This document shows positions 44,911 to 55,080 of a DNA stretch of 64,000 bases, piece by piece. How positions within the stretch are numbered: position 1 is the first letter of the stretch; every line of letters starts with the position of its first letter. Source of the DNA: Candidatus Doudnabacteria bacterium (GTDB taxonomy: Bacteria; Patescibacteriota; Doudnabacteria; UBA920; O2-02-FULL-48-8); the NCBI GenBank assembly GCA_023246005.1, contig JAHFJG010000007.1, forward strand, positions 7,312 to 71,311, read 5' to 3'. The notes beneath the pieces are model-generated. The model saw only the letters and a program-made list of their open reading frames with translations, made no database searches and was not told the DNA's origin. The position numbers and the translations under genes were made by a program.

Positions 44911-46524
44911 ATGGTTACCCCAGAACTTATCGAGTATATTAAATCGCGATTGGCGGCAGGTGAAAATGTAGAGACAATTCGAACAAGTCTAAAACAAGCA
45001 AATTGGGCTGACCAAGATATAGAGGAAGCATTAAAAAACGAAGCTGGTCTTATTAACAACGAAATTCAGGCTATTGTAGCACCTAAGACTAATTGGTTTT
45101 TAAGGCATAATGTTTTATATTCTTTAATAGGCGTTTTGCTTTTGGTTGTGATTGTGGGATCGGTATACTGGTGGCAGCAAATCAAAAAGACTAACGAGTT
45201 GCACCAAGCAGTTACAGATCAGTTTGCTGATCTGGATATCAATGGCTCGGCTGAATATAAAACCTATGTTGAATCTATCGATAAAATTGGCGACCAATGG
45301 GCAGCAACTGAAGCTCAAATGAAAGCAAAGGGCTCAAGCCCTGAAGATATTGAATTGGCGAAAAGAGAATTTTTTCAATTTTTTGCTTCGACTCTTCTGC
45401 TGAAAATAAAGTTTGAGGGAACAACAATGAGTAACAGAGAAAAAGAAGCTGTCGCAAGTAAACTGCAACAATTGTCAAAGGATATAAACATTAATTTATC
45501 AGTTGATACAGGCTGCGAATACACAGAACAAAAATTAACTCTCCAAAATTTCTTTGTTGGTGCTACACTTAAATTTAAGAAGCCAATGGTCTATGTAGAC
45601 TGGAAAGAAGAGCAAGCAAAATATTGCTCTCCAAGTTATGCTTCAGCCAAATATTATTCTTTGGAATCAGCTAGTCAGTGGAACAGTACAATCTTTGATA
45701 AAGAAGGTAGAGGGATAAAGGATTATAAAATTGATCCTTCGGTTACTTTTAAAGTAGAAGGCAGATTCAAACTACATAGCCGAAGCCTATTTAGCGAAGG
45801 TAATCGGGATCACTATATCATCAAGGATAGCAATGGTGTAATTAGTATAGTTCCATTTTTCGATATTTTTGATCAATATTATAAAACTGATACTGTAGAC
45901 GATGGCGAAGCTGGTGCTGAATTATACAAAAACGGCCAGTACATCGGATATGTTGTTTCTGATATACATAGCGGCGGCGTTTGGATCCATGGTGCTCCAA
46001 TCCCGCAGGATGTAATAGATGCAAATACTCCAGAAATACCGACCAGCTTTACTGGCCCCACATCAAAACGAACGGAATTTATGCAGCGAGTAGCTGTAGC
46101 CATTGGTGATGGGAAGATTGTGAATTACACTAGTCAAGAAATAATCAACTCGGATCTAGGTAAGGATTTATATACCTATAAAGACGGAGAAGTCATTAAC
46201 GACTTTGGAGGTAAAATAACGATTAAAAAGAATGGCGATAAGGTATCCGTCATATTTGATAAAATTCCCAAGGGAGAAGACTGTTATGAATTTTATTACA
46301 TAAATGATCCAGAAACTTATGGTTTCAAAGAGAGTTATATTGATGGAGTTCTTGAAGAGTATGATTTTACGAATTCCAAGAATTGGAATCCGATTATTGA
46401 TGCATTTAAACAAAAAGTGTGTTTTCCTGCTAATGGAACAACTACGATAGAATTTCGTGGCAACATTAATGATATTAAAAATGCCGCGCTTTGGATTAAG
46501 AAACGATATGATCCAAAATATTAG
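44911..46524 (+). CDS. Hypothetical membrane-anchored protein
   Basis: CPR-type N-terminal helical domain (ELIEYIK...ANWADQDIEEA) plus TM. Confidence 0.7.
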   Translation: MVTPELIEYIKSRLAAGENVETIRTSLKQANWADQDIEEALKNEAGLINNEIQAIVAPKTNWFLRHNVLYSLIGVLLLVVIVGSVYWWQQIKKTNELHQAVTDQFADLDINGSAEYKTYVESIDKIGDQWAATEAQMKAKGSSPEDIELAKREFFQFFASTLLLKIKFEGTTMSNREKEAVASKLQQLSKDININLSVDTGCEYTEQKLTLQNFFVGATLKFKKPMVYVDWKEEQAKYCSPSYASAKYYSLESASQWNSTIFDKEGRGIKDYKIDPSVTFKVEGRFKLHSRSLFSEGNRDHYIIKDSNGVISIVPFFDIFDQYYKTDTVDDGEAGAELYKNGQYIGYVVSDIHSGGVWIHGAPIPQDVIDANTPEIPTSFTGPTSKRTEFMQRVAVAIGDGKIVNYTSQEIINSDLGKDLYTYKDGEVINDFGGKITIKKNGDKVSVIFDKIPKGEDCYEFYYINDPETYGFKESYIDGVLEEYDFTNSKNWNPIIDAFKQKVCFPANGTTTIEFRGNINDIKNAALWIKKRYDPKY

Positions 46525-46762
46525 CTATTGATTATTAATAGCCTTACTCAGAGGTAGAGAACTGCTAGAATTGACCAAAGCCTTGTATATCTGGCTAACT
46601 AAAGCCATCCACCTTCGCTGAAACTTCGGTGGACAAGAAGCAGTTTGCCGCCCCGACTTCGTTATAGACTTCGTCGGGCAGGCTGATCAGTCCTGCTCCA
46701 CCAGTTGACCAAAAGACTTTAAAAATCTATAATTTACTTGGTTTAACATTTAAGTTACCTCG

Positions 46763-47275
46763 ATAGCACTAAGAACCAGAATCAACAATCAAATACGCGT
46801 CCCGGAAGTGCGGGTCATTGATGCTGATGGCAAGATGGTCGGCATTATGAAAATCGAAGAAGCCTTAGCTTTAGCGCGAGAAAAAGAAGTTGATTTAGTC
46901 GAGATTTCGCCCCAAGCCAAGCCGCCAGTGGTGAAACTGCTCAACTATGACAAGTACCGTTACCAGCAAGAAAAAGCCGCCCAGGAAGCTAAAAAAAAGG
47001 TTAAGAAGGTGACTATTAAGGGTGTTCGCCTATCAGTAAGGATTGGCGAACACGATCTAAACTTTAAAGCTAAACAAACCGGTGAGTTTCTGACCGAAGG
47101 CAACAAAGTCAAAATAGATGTAGTCATGCGCGGTCGAGAACAAGCTCATCCAGAATTAGCCTTTGATCTCATCAGAAAATTTCAGACTTTGATCACTATC
47201 CCCTTTATGAAAGAAGCTGGTCCGACCAGAATGGGCAACACTGTTTCTATCATTGTTGCTCCCCCACTTAAATAA
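46763..47275 (+). CDS. infC: Translation initiation factor IF-3 (ATA start)
   Basis: RINNQIRVPEVRVID, DLVEISPQAKPPV, RGRE; in-frame stop at 46751 and no ATG/GTG/TTG before RIN. Confidence 0.93.
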   Translation: MALRTRINNQIRVPEVRVIDADGKMVGIMKIEEALALAREKEVDLVEISPQAKPPVVKLLNYDKYRYQQEKAAQEAKKKVKKVTIKGVRLSVRIGEHDLNFKAKQTGEFLTEGNKVKIDVVMRGREQAHPELAFDLIRKFQTLITIPFMKEAGPTRMGNTVSIIVAPPLK

Positions 47276-47276
47276 T

Positions 47277-47468
47277 ATGGCTAAACAGAAGACCAATAAA
47301 CGCGTTGCGAAAACATTCTGGAAAACGGGCAGCGGCAAACTCATGCGCCGCAAATCCGGCCAAGCTCATTTTAATTCCAGAGAATCAGGCAATACGACTA
47401 AGAACAAACGCCGAGATTTGGCAGTTCACAAAACGAATCTAAAGATTAAACTATTAATGCGAGGATAA
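47277..47468 (+). CDS. rpmI: 50S ribosomal protein L35
   Basis: KQKTNKRVAK.F.KTGSGK; infC-rpmI-rplT order. Confidence 0.93.
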   Translation: MAKQKTNKRVAKTFWKTGSGKLMRRKSGQAHFNSRESGNTTKNKRRDLAVHKTNLKIKLLMRG

Positions 47469-47470
47469 TT

Positions 47471-47815
47471 ATGACTAGAGTTAAACGCGGAGTTGCCGCA
47501 CACAAACGAAGAAAATACGTATTAGCCAGAACCAAAGGCTTTACCAATCGTCGTCGAACCAATGCCATTGCAGCCAAGGAAGCCTTGCTTCATGCTGACT
47601 CTTATGCCTATGGCCACAGACGACTGCGCAAGCGAGACTTTAAAAAACTTTGGACAATCAGGATTAATGCTGCCAGCCGCGGACAAGGTTTAACCTATAG
47701 CAAACTGATGGATAAGCTTAATAAAAATAAAGTCTTGCTCAATCGCAAAATGCTGGCGGAACTCGCTGTCAGAAACCCCAAAGCTTTCGAATCAATCATA
47801 GCGGCGGTAAAATAA
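47471..47815 (+). CDS. rplT: 50S ribosomal protein L20
   Basis: MTRVKRG, RKRDFKKLWTIRINAA, LNRKMLAELA. Confidence 0.98.
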   Translation: MTRVKRGVAAHKRRKYVLARTKGFTNRRRTNAIAAKEALLHADSYAYGHRRLRKRDFKKLWTIRINAASRGQGLTYSKLMDKLNKNKVLLNRKMLAELAVRNPKAFESIIAAVK

Positions 47816-48510
47816 TGCCTTCCAAAAAAATAAGAGCCATTTCACGTGGCTCTTTAATTATCGACCAAATTTTCCTCGAGATCGTCAAACTGCTGAAAAG
47901 TCAAAAAACCGGTTTGACGGAAATTAAAATTGCCAATTTGATCAGGCGCAGAGCGAAAAAATTGGGAGCCAGCGGTATGGCCTTCCCACCAATTGTTTCA
48001 TTCGGCCAAAGCTCGGCAGAGATCCACCACTCCCCTTCCTCCAAAAAAATCGGCAAAAATAATTTTCTAATGCTCGATTTCGGGGTCAAGACCCAAGGAT
48101 ATTGTTCAGATTTCACTCGTACGCTATTTTTGGGCCGGCCAAAAAAATTCCACGAACAAATCTATAATATTGTTTTGAAGGCGCAGCTGACCGCAATTAA
48201 AAAAGTTTCAATTGGCCGGCATAGTGACGAAATCGACTTTACCGCTCGCCACATCATCAATCACTCTGGCTACGGAAAATTTTATGTCCACGGCACAGGC
48301 CACGGCGTGGGCAAAAAAATCCATGAAACACCGAACTTTAAGTCCAACTCCGGAGATTCGATAGCCAAAAATGACATCGTCACTATTGAACCCGGAATTT
48401 ATCTGCCGAAGAAATTTGGCGTCAGAATAGAAGATATGATTTTAGTCTCCAGCAAACCGAAAATCTTTTCCAAAGTTGGAAAAGATTTTCGAAATATGAT
48501 AATCAGCTGA
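47815..48510 (+). CDS. M24 Xaa-Pro aminopeptidase (catalytic domain only)
   Basis: DFG...GYCSDFTRT, HGTGHGVG, TIEPGIY, GVRIED. Confidence 0.93.
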   Translation: MPSKKIRAISRGSLIIDQIFLEIVKLLKSQKTGLTEIKIANLIRRRAKKLGASGMAFPPIVSFGQSSAEIHHSPSSKKIGKNNFLMLDFGVKTQGYCSDFTRTLFLGRPKKFHEQIYNIVLKAQLTAIKKVSIGRHSDEIDFTARHIINHSGYGKFYVHGTGHGVGKKIHETPNFKSNSGDSIAKNDIVTIEPGIYLPKKFGVRIEDMILVSSKPKIFSKVGKDFRNMIIS

Positions 48511-48513
48511 CGA

Positions 48514-51153
48514 TTACTTTTTTAACGAATCGATTTGCTGTTGTAATTGAGGATTATTTAAACCAATAATCTGCTGGACTTTTTCAAACTCAGCTAATGC
48601 TTTCTCCTTATCCCCTCTTTGCGCATAAATCAGCCCTAAAGAATAAAGCGCATTAGCGTGGTTTGGAACCAAGACAAGAACTCGATTAAAGATTTTTTCG
48701 GCAGTCGCATAATCCTTTTGATTGAAAGTAATTCTACCTTGCTCAAACAAAACATCAGAGTTGTTAGGTAACAACTGCACAGCGATGCCAATTTCTTTTT
48801 TCGCATCATCAACTTTGTTATCGCGCTCATAGATGCGGGCTAATTGAATATAAAATTCGGACAAATCTGACTTTAGTTCAATTGCCTTATTTAATTCGTC
48901 CTCGGCCTGCTTCATCACTACAGGATCAATCTTAGTTATAGCTGCTATCTGATCAGAAGTAAGAGACCCGGATCCTGCCGGATTCAAACCGGATTTAACC
49001 TCATCTCCATCTGAAATGCCATTCTTGTTAGTATCCGGATTATTCGGATCAGATCCAAGCTTAGCTTCCAGCGCATCCGGCAAGCCATCTTTGTCAGTAT
49101 CAGGACCAGTAAACAGGGACGTGTCGGTTACTTGAGCAGAAGTAGAATATGCCTGGCCTAGTTGATAATACAAAGCTGGATTATGCGGATCTCGATCAAT
49201 GGCTTTTTGCAACGCATCAATGATAAACTTGTCTGAACCCGTAACCAAGGGTCGGATGTTGCTGTAGAATCTAGCTAAAGTCAACCAGTTGGAAGCTTTT
49301 GTTGGTGAAATTTGCACAGCTTGCTGGCCTGCTGTTATTAAGCTTGCCATCCAGGATTTAATCAAATTTGTATTTGGCTGTGGTTTGGCGAATTCTTGCG
49401 AGGCTTGATAAATCAAACTCTGTCCATAACCTAAATAGTAAACATCACGATAAGGATTTAAACTAATTGCCCGAGAAAAATCATTGGAAACTTTAGCATA
49501 ATTTGGATTAGTTTGAGCTGATTCTTTAAGGCCCAAATTATAATACGCCTCTCCCCCGTACACTGCGACCTCGAAAAATAAGCCCAACAATAATACTGCC
49601 AAAATCAACAAACTGGCAAATGTCCAAGAAAGAGTCGAACGCGGAGACGAAATCAATGATAGATTTCGATCTTGAGCCTCTGGTCCTTCGTTCCAATGCG
49701 CTATCGCCATAAACATGGCGATTGACAACCAAAACAGGAAATAGAAAGTCGTGTTAAAAAAATAAAAGAAATGAGTAACATACAAAGTAAACCATAAAAT
49801 AAAAAATCCTAGAGCATAAATCCAACCATTGTGTTGGATTTTTTTAAGGATGAAAAACAAAGCATAAATCAGGAATAAAATGGAGGTGAGTTCAAAGGCT
49901 AATAATCCCAATAGTCCAGTTTCAATCGCAATGTTTGCCAGTTCGCTTGTTGCTCGATCAAAATTCAAACTCCAGGCAATCGTTTTATTTAATTCTACGG
50001 GCTTAAAATCGCCAAAAATAACACCGATTGTACCAGGACCAGAGCCTAGGATGGCTTGTTTGACATTACTAGTTAAAGAATTCTTGGCCAAAGTCCAAAT
50101 AGTAGAATTAGAAAGTTGAATCTCTGCTGGCAATTTAAGATTAACCAATTTGCTCGGATTGATGATTTGCGGCAGAAACTGCAAAGCAACAAATAATATA
50201 GCAAGAACTAAAATAATCATTGGTTTCCAAAACCAGGCTTGGGAATTTTGGGCCTGATTGCCTAAAGTCATAGTCAAAGCCAAAAATACTACCATACCTA
50301 AGGCTAGGACTAACCAAGCAACAAAAGCATTAAGTAAAAACAAAACCGCAAAAGCAACTAAGCTTAATAAAACCAAAATGCCCTTCCGAATTTTACTGGG
50401 CTTAAGGTTGTTTAACATCAACCACTGGAAAAAAATTAAACTGAGAGATGCAAAGATTGCTAAACCAGCCAAACTACCGATTGGGTTGAATGAACGATTA
50501 TGAGTGAGTGCCAGAGGTAAAATAAATAAACCTAAAATTTGCAATAAACTATAAACCAAAACAAGTCCAGAGCTAACTAACAAACAATCCAAAAGCCGTT
50601 TTACGGTTTTTTCTGATCTGACATTATTTACGATCAGAAAATATAAAACGATAAAAGTTGCGACTGAAATAAAACTTCCGATAAATCGGCCATAATAACC
50701 CAAAAAAGAAGAAGCCTTATCTACTGAAACAAAACTTGTTATAAAATAAATAGCCAGATATGCCAACAAGATATAATCGAGAGAAGTTTTAACCCAAGAA
50801 ACTCTGCGCGTCGTGAGAATTTTGATCACCCAAACTCCCAGCATTATCACCATAACTAAAAATAGCAAGGCTTGTTTGTTAAATTCTCTTACTTCTGAAG
50901 TAATAGAAATAAACAACAATGGGGTCAATAATACCGCGGCGTATAAACAATAATCAATAATTCTATTAAAAAAACTTGTTCCTGGAGTTGTAGTTATAGG
51001 AGTCAAGATCGGGGTAGCTTGGGTCGCTTGCTGGGGCTTAATTTCTCTAATCTCCCTAACCGATTCCCGAGCCATGTCCATACCAGTAGCTTTGGCTTGG
51101 TGGTGTACGCGTTGGTCGCCTGGAGTCGGCTTTTTCTTTAAAAATTCGAACAT
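48514..51153 (-). CDS. O-antigen ligase-like membrane protein with TPRs and Ca-binding repeats
   Basis: About 12 TMs, GSGPGT, ETGLLGL; C-terminal TPRs; DTDKDGLPD insert. Confidence 0.8.
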   Translation of the reverse strand: MFEFLKKKPTPGDQRVHHQAKATGMDMARESVREIREIKPQQATQATPILTPITTTPGTSFFNRIIDYCLYAAVLLTPLLFISITSEVREFNKQALLFLVMVIMLGVWVIKILTTRRVSWVKTSLDYILLAYLAIYFITSFVSVDKASSFLGYYGRFIGSFISVATFIVLYFLIVNNVRSEKTVKRLLDCLLVSSGLVLVYSLLQILGLFILPLALTHNRSFNPIGSLAGLAIFASLSLIFFQWLMLNNLKPSKIRKGILVLLSLVAFAVLFLLNAFVAWLVLALGMVVFLALTMTLGNQAQNSQAWFWKPMIILVLAILFVALQFLPQIINPSKLVNLKLPAEIQLSNSTIWTLAKNSLTSNVKQAILGSGPGTIGVIFGDFKPVELNKTIAWSLNFDRATSELANIAIETGLLGLLAFELTSILFLIYALFFILKKIQHNGWIYALGFFILWFTLYVTHFFYFFNTTFYFLFWLSIAMFMAIAHWNEGPEAQDRNLSLISSPRSTLSWTFASLLILAVLLLGLFFEVAVYGGEAYYNLGLKESAQTNPNYAKVSNDFSRAISLNPYRDVYYLGYGQSLIYQASQEFAKPQPNTNLIKSWMASLITAGQQAVQISPTKASNWLTLARFYSNIRPLVTGSDKFIIDALQKAIDRDPHNPALYYQLGQAYSTSAQVTDTSLFTGPDTDKDGLPDALEAKLGSDPNNPDTNKNGISDGDEVKSGLNPAGSGSLTSDQIAAITKIDPVVMKQAEDELNKAIELKSDLSEFYIQLARIYERDNKVDDAKKEIGIAVQLLPNNSDVLFEQGRITFNQKDYATAEKIFNRVLVLVPNHANALYSLGLIYAQRGDKEKALAEFEKVQQIIGLNNPQLQQQIDSLKK

Positions 51154-51597
51154 TGTTGTTTCCTCTCTTTTATCAAATTGACCTATCTATTATACCACAA
51201 GGTTTAAAAAACATAATAACCAGGTGAGAGAGCCTGGTTATTATGTGTATTGAAAGACAGTATTTGTGAGGAAAGCTACTATTTTGGTAACCCCTCACCA
51301 CTGACCTTCAATTTGGTATTCCCTGTCCAGAACAAATCTTCGGTGGTTAAGCCTAATGATTGTGTTCCAGGCCGGAAATAAGCGAATTTAAAAGGTGCGA
51401 TCTTTGAGTTTCTTGAATTTCTGTTTTTGTTTCAAACTAGGCGAACAAACCTAAACCATCCTTCATATGTTAGGATCGTTTAGTTTGCTTAGCGCCCGAT
51501 TTGGAAAACCATATTGTTATTTTGTCTTGATTTCTACTTGAGTATTTTTTATACTATAAATAGTATAGCAAATTTTTCGGTTCTTGTAAAGAGCGAT

Positions 51598-51626
51598 TTG
51601 ACAATAATTAGCCATAAGAATACAAT
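51598..51626 (+). promoter_or_regulatory. sigma70 promoter
   Basis: TTGACA-N17-TACAAT. Confidence 0.7.
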
Positions 51627-51649
51627 TTATTTACTTTAACAATTATTAA

Positions 51650-51775
51650 TTGACAGTTCCATTAAGGTCGGTTGGGGAAGTGGGCGTAAATCCCACACTG
51701 TGCCGCAACTGTAATTGTTACGTGTTACATGATAAATGTTACGTGACTTAAGTCAGAGTACCAACCAACTGTCAA
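51650..51775 (+). promoter_or_regulatory. Cobalamin riboswitch
   Basis: GGGAAGTGGG-CGTAAAT-CCCAC-ACTGTGCCGCAACTGTAA...AAGTCAGAGTACC; closing stem TTGACAGTT/AACTGTCAA. Confidence 0.85.
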
Positions 51776-51873
51776 ACTACAAATATGACACCTCTTCGAG
51801 CAAAGAGGAGCGCTTTTTTAAATCATAAAAGGCCGCTTCCTTCTTGGAGGCGGTCTTATTTAGAAAGGCGTAT

Positions 51874-53487
51874 ATGAGAAGACTCGTTGTCTTACTCAGT
51901 TTTGGCGCGATTCTGTTCGGCCCCTTGACGGTGTTTGCTAGTTACAACCAAACATCTGCAGAAAGTTATTTAACGGCGCATGCGAGTAATCCCTGGAGTA
52001 CCATGGCCCTGGCCATGCTCAATTCCAGTTCTATCCCATCAGATTATCTCAAAACGATTAATGGGACAACTGCCATCGAATATGCAGCTCCCATCCTTGC
52101 CATCACAGCCTTGGGTCAGGACCCGCGAACTTTTGGCGATAAAGATCTTATCGCAGAACTAGAAAAATTTCACACAAGTAATCAAATCGGCGATACAGCT
52201 ACAATTAATGATGATATCTTCGGCCTGTTCGCCTTGCTCTCTGCAGGAGTTCCGAACAATGATCCAACAATTATAGATGCTGAAAATTTTATCCTCGCGC
52301 ACCAGCAAGCCAATGGCGGCTGGGGCTTTGCTACCAGCGGCGGTACTGACAGCAATATGACCTCTGCGGCAATTGTCGCACTCATCGCGGACGGAGTTTT
52401 GGCAACAGATACTAAAATTCAAAACGCCTTAGATTATCTGAAGACTGCGCAAAATGCCGACGGCGGGTTTACCTATGACCCGCAAAGTCAATTTGGAACA
52501 GATTCGGATTCTTCTTCCACTGCCTGGGTCCTCTGGGCGCTTAATGCCGCAAAAATTAATCCTGACGACTGGACCAAACCTAACGGCTCCCCGACTTCGT
52601 ATTTGGAATCTAACCAAGTTGCAACTGGTTTCTTCAAATATCAAAGCATTTCCACTGAAGATTCTTTTTCAGCGACAACCACAGCTTATGCCGTGATGGC
52701 GCTAAACGGAAAAACTCTGCCTCTCAATATCTTTACTGCTCCAATTCCGACTTTTACACTGACCTATATTGCGGGGCCAAACGGCAGTCTAACGGGATCG
52801 GCTTCCCAAACAGTAAGTTTGGGTGCTGATGGGACAGCGGTCACTGCGGTAGCCGTAGACGGCTTTCATTTCAGTAATTGGAGCGATGGCGTGCTTGCTG
52901 CTGCCCGCACTGACACGAATGTCTCAACAAATATCTCTGCCACGGCAAACTTTGTAGTTGACCTTAAAGGCGGAGGCGGATGGGGCGGAGGGGGAATCTT
53001 CTGCTTAGACTGCAGCACTTTTGTGCCAAGCACAACTGTAACTTCAGCCCCAACTCCGAACCCAACCCCACCAAGCCATATTCCTATACCAACAAATCCG
53101 CCTGGGCAGGTTTTGGGAACGACCGCTTTCGCTTCGGGCACTTTAGTCAAAACAACAAATGATGCCACTGTCTATATCGTAGAAAACGAGAAATACCGAC
53201 CGTTTAGCAATGAGCTGACATTCCTTACCCGCGGGTTAAGATTTTCGGATGTTCAAATTATTGATTCTAATCTCATAAGCACAAATAACTTTGGAAAGAT
53301 TATGGGCTTTGCTGACGGCATTTTGATCAAAGGAAGTTCAGCAACAGTGTACATGATTTTAAAAAACACCAAACTCGGCTTTGTATCCATGGGCGTTTTA
53401 TCGCGGATGAAATTGTCTTTAGACAACGTTGTCGAAATCAGCGATGCAGATTTGGCTAGTTATGACGATGGCGAGATAATGCAATAA
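51874..53487 (+). CDS. Secreted prenyltransferase/squalene-oxidase repeat (alpha-alpha barrel) protein, putative B12-binding
   Basis: Signal peptide; QQANGGW and QNADGGF repeats; InlB-B-like repeat; under B12 riboswitch. Confidence 0.75.
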   Translation: MRRLVVLLSFGAILFGPLTVFASYNQTSAESYLTAHASNPWSTMALAMLNSSSIPSDYLKTINGTTAIEYAAPILAITALGQDPRTFGDKDLIAELEKFHTSNQIGDTATINDDIFGLFALLSAGVPNNDPTIIDAENFILAHQQANGGWGFATSGGTDSNMTSAAIVALIADGVLATDTKIQNALDYLKTAQNADGGFTYDPQSQFGTDSDSSSTAWVLWALNAAKINPDDWTKPNGSPTSYLESNQVATGFFKYQSISTEDSFSATTTAYAVMALNGKTLPLNIFTAPIPTFTLTYIAGPNGSLTGSASQTVSLGADGTAVTAVAVDGFHFSNWSDGVLAAARTDTNVSTNISATANFVVDLKGGGGWGGGGIFCLDCSTFVPSTTVTSAPTPNPTPPSHIPIPTNPPGQVLGTTAFASGTLVKTTNDATVYIVENEKYRPFSNELTFLTRGLRFSDVQIIDSNLISTNNFGKIMGFADGILIKGSSATVYMILKNTKLGFVSMGVLSRMKLSLDNVVEISDADLASYDDGEIMQ

Positions 53488-53493
53488 TTTTTA

Positions 53494-54789
53494 CTACTTC
53501 CCAAAAGCTATCGCGTCTGGGGCAAAATCGACGGTTTTCGCCAGTAGTCCCGATCGAATCGTGAATTCGCCGTATTTGTTATTAATCCTGTCGAGTGTAT
53601 TCGTCAGATTTAAAAACTTATCTGAAAATAAAGTCAGTTGATTGATTTTGCGATTCAAATAAATAAAACCCACAGCAATGTGCATAACCTCACTGGCAAA
53701 ATTCCAGCTTTTCGAAATGTTCATAGCTTGCTCATATAATTGCAAACCAGTTTCAATTTGAAATTGAAGCTTTTTCGACCAGTGAAGCCGGGTACCATCC
53801 ACAAGGCTTATGGATAAATATAAACCCGAAGCCACAAAGCCCTTATGCCGCATCCGCCGTGAGGCTTTTTCTGCCAGACGCAAGATGACAATTTTTAAAC
53901 GCTCCTTGTTAACCGTGCGGAAATTCAAAACCCAGGAATGGCCAAATGATTTAGGTTCGTCCCCATCATTACTGATTTCATCTTCTTCCAATCCATTCAC
54001 CCTCTGCCAAATATAAAACCCAGGCTTGCCAAACATAGCCATCAAATTTTCTACTGGATAATCAAGCAGCTGCAAAGGACTTGTAATATTCAGCTTTGCC
54101 AACCTTGTCTGCCAGCCCTTGCCGATCCCCCATAAATCCGACAACTCCTTGTGCTTATAAATTTCCGACAAATTTTCGCGCCAAACTATACCGATGTCAT
54201 CGTTTCTGTACACCCCCACACCAAAATTTTGGTGTGGGGGTAAATCAGCCGCGAGTTTGGCCATAAATTTGTTTGGGGCAATGCCCACAGAGCATGTTAG
54301 CCATTCGCCAACTTCTTTCTTAATACGCTCTTTGATTAGAGAACCAATAATTAAAGGGTTTGTAGCGTGCCGATTTATCGGCTCATGCAAATCCAAAAAT
54401 GATTCATCCACACTATAAGTCTCAATTCTATTGGCATAATCAGCAAATATTCGATTAATCTGCCTATTGACCTCGCGATATTTTTCCGGCTCTGAATCCA
54501 CAACTAAAATTTTCGGATAAATTTTTCGGGCCTTGTATAATGGTAAACCGTTTTTGATTCCCAAGGCCTTGGCTTCTTTGGATGTCCCAATCAAACAGGA
54601 TGCCTCGAGCCGGCTATTCGAGACACCCAAAGGCTTGCCTCGCAAAAATGGATTAGCCTGTTGTTCGACAGAAGCAAAAAACGAATTCATGTCCACAAGC
54701 ATGATTCTGGGAAATTGACGAATTGCGGATTTCGAATTTCGAATTAATCCGTAATCCGTTAATTCATAATTCGTTAATTTATTCTGCAT
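53494..54789 (-). CDS. dinB: Y-family DNA polymerase (DinB/Pol IV-like)
   Basis: VDMNSFFASVEQ, YSVDESFL, SVGIAPNKFMAKLA, WGIG. Confidence 0.92.
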   Translation of the reverse strand: MQNKLTNYELTDYGLIRNSKSAIRQFPRIMLVDMNSFFASVEQQANPFLRGKPLGVSNSRLEASCLIGTSKEAKALGIKNGLPLYKARKIYPKILVVDSEPEKYREVNRQINRIFADYANRIETYSVDESFLDLHEPINRHATNPLIIGSLIKERIKKEVGEWLTCSVGIAPNKFMAKLAADLPPHQNFGVGVYRNDDIGIVWRENLSEIYKHKELSDLWGIGKGWQTRLAKLNITSPLQLLDYPVENLMAMFGKPGFYIWQRVNGLEEDEISNDGDEPKSFGHSWVLNFRTVNKERLKIVILRLAEKASRRMRHKGFVASGLYLSISLVDGTRLHWSKKLQFQIETGLQLYEQAMNISKSWNFASEVMHIAVGFIYLNRKINQLTLFSDKFLNLTNTLDRINNKYGEFTIRSGLLAKTVDFAPDAIAFGK

Positions 54790-55036
54790 AACTTTCTAAT
54801 AATGTCCAGGTTAAATTTTCCGAATTAAACTGTAGTTTAAAGTAATTCGTACTATCTGAAACTGCAAAAAAATAAAACTTGGCCCGGCCTTGCCAGCTGG
54901 TGTAAACCAAGTTAATTTTTTTGATCACAACTTCTCGGTCTTGCCACAAAAACTTCATTGGTAAAAGTTTACCTGCAGAAAATTTTGCCACAACTTCGAT
55001 TGGTTCGTTGATTTGATTAAACATAAAAGACGGCAT
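54779..55036 (-). CDS. Small conserved protein co-transcribed with dinB
   Basis: INEPIEVVAKF...P.KF.W...W.L pattern; stop overlaps dinB start. Confidence 0.7.
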   Translation of the reverse strand: MPSFMFNQINEPIEVVAKFSAGKLLPMKFLWQDREVVIKKINLVYTSWQGRAKFYFFAVSDSTNYFKLQFNSENLTWTLLESYAE

Positions 55037-55080
55037 TTCTGCCGCCTCTTATTTTTGATATTAGTGTCCCAACATGATTA

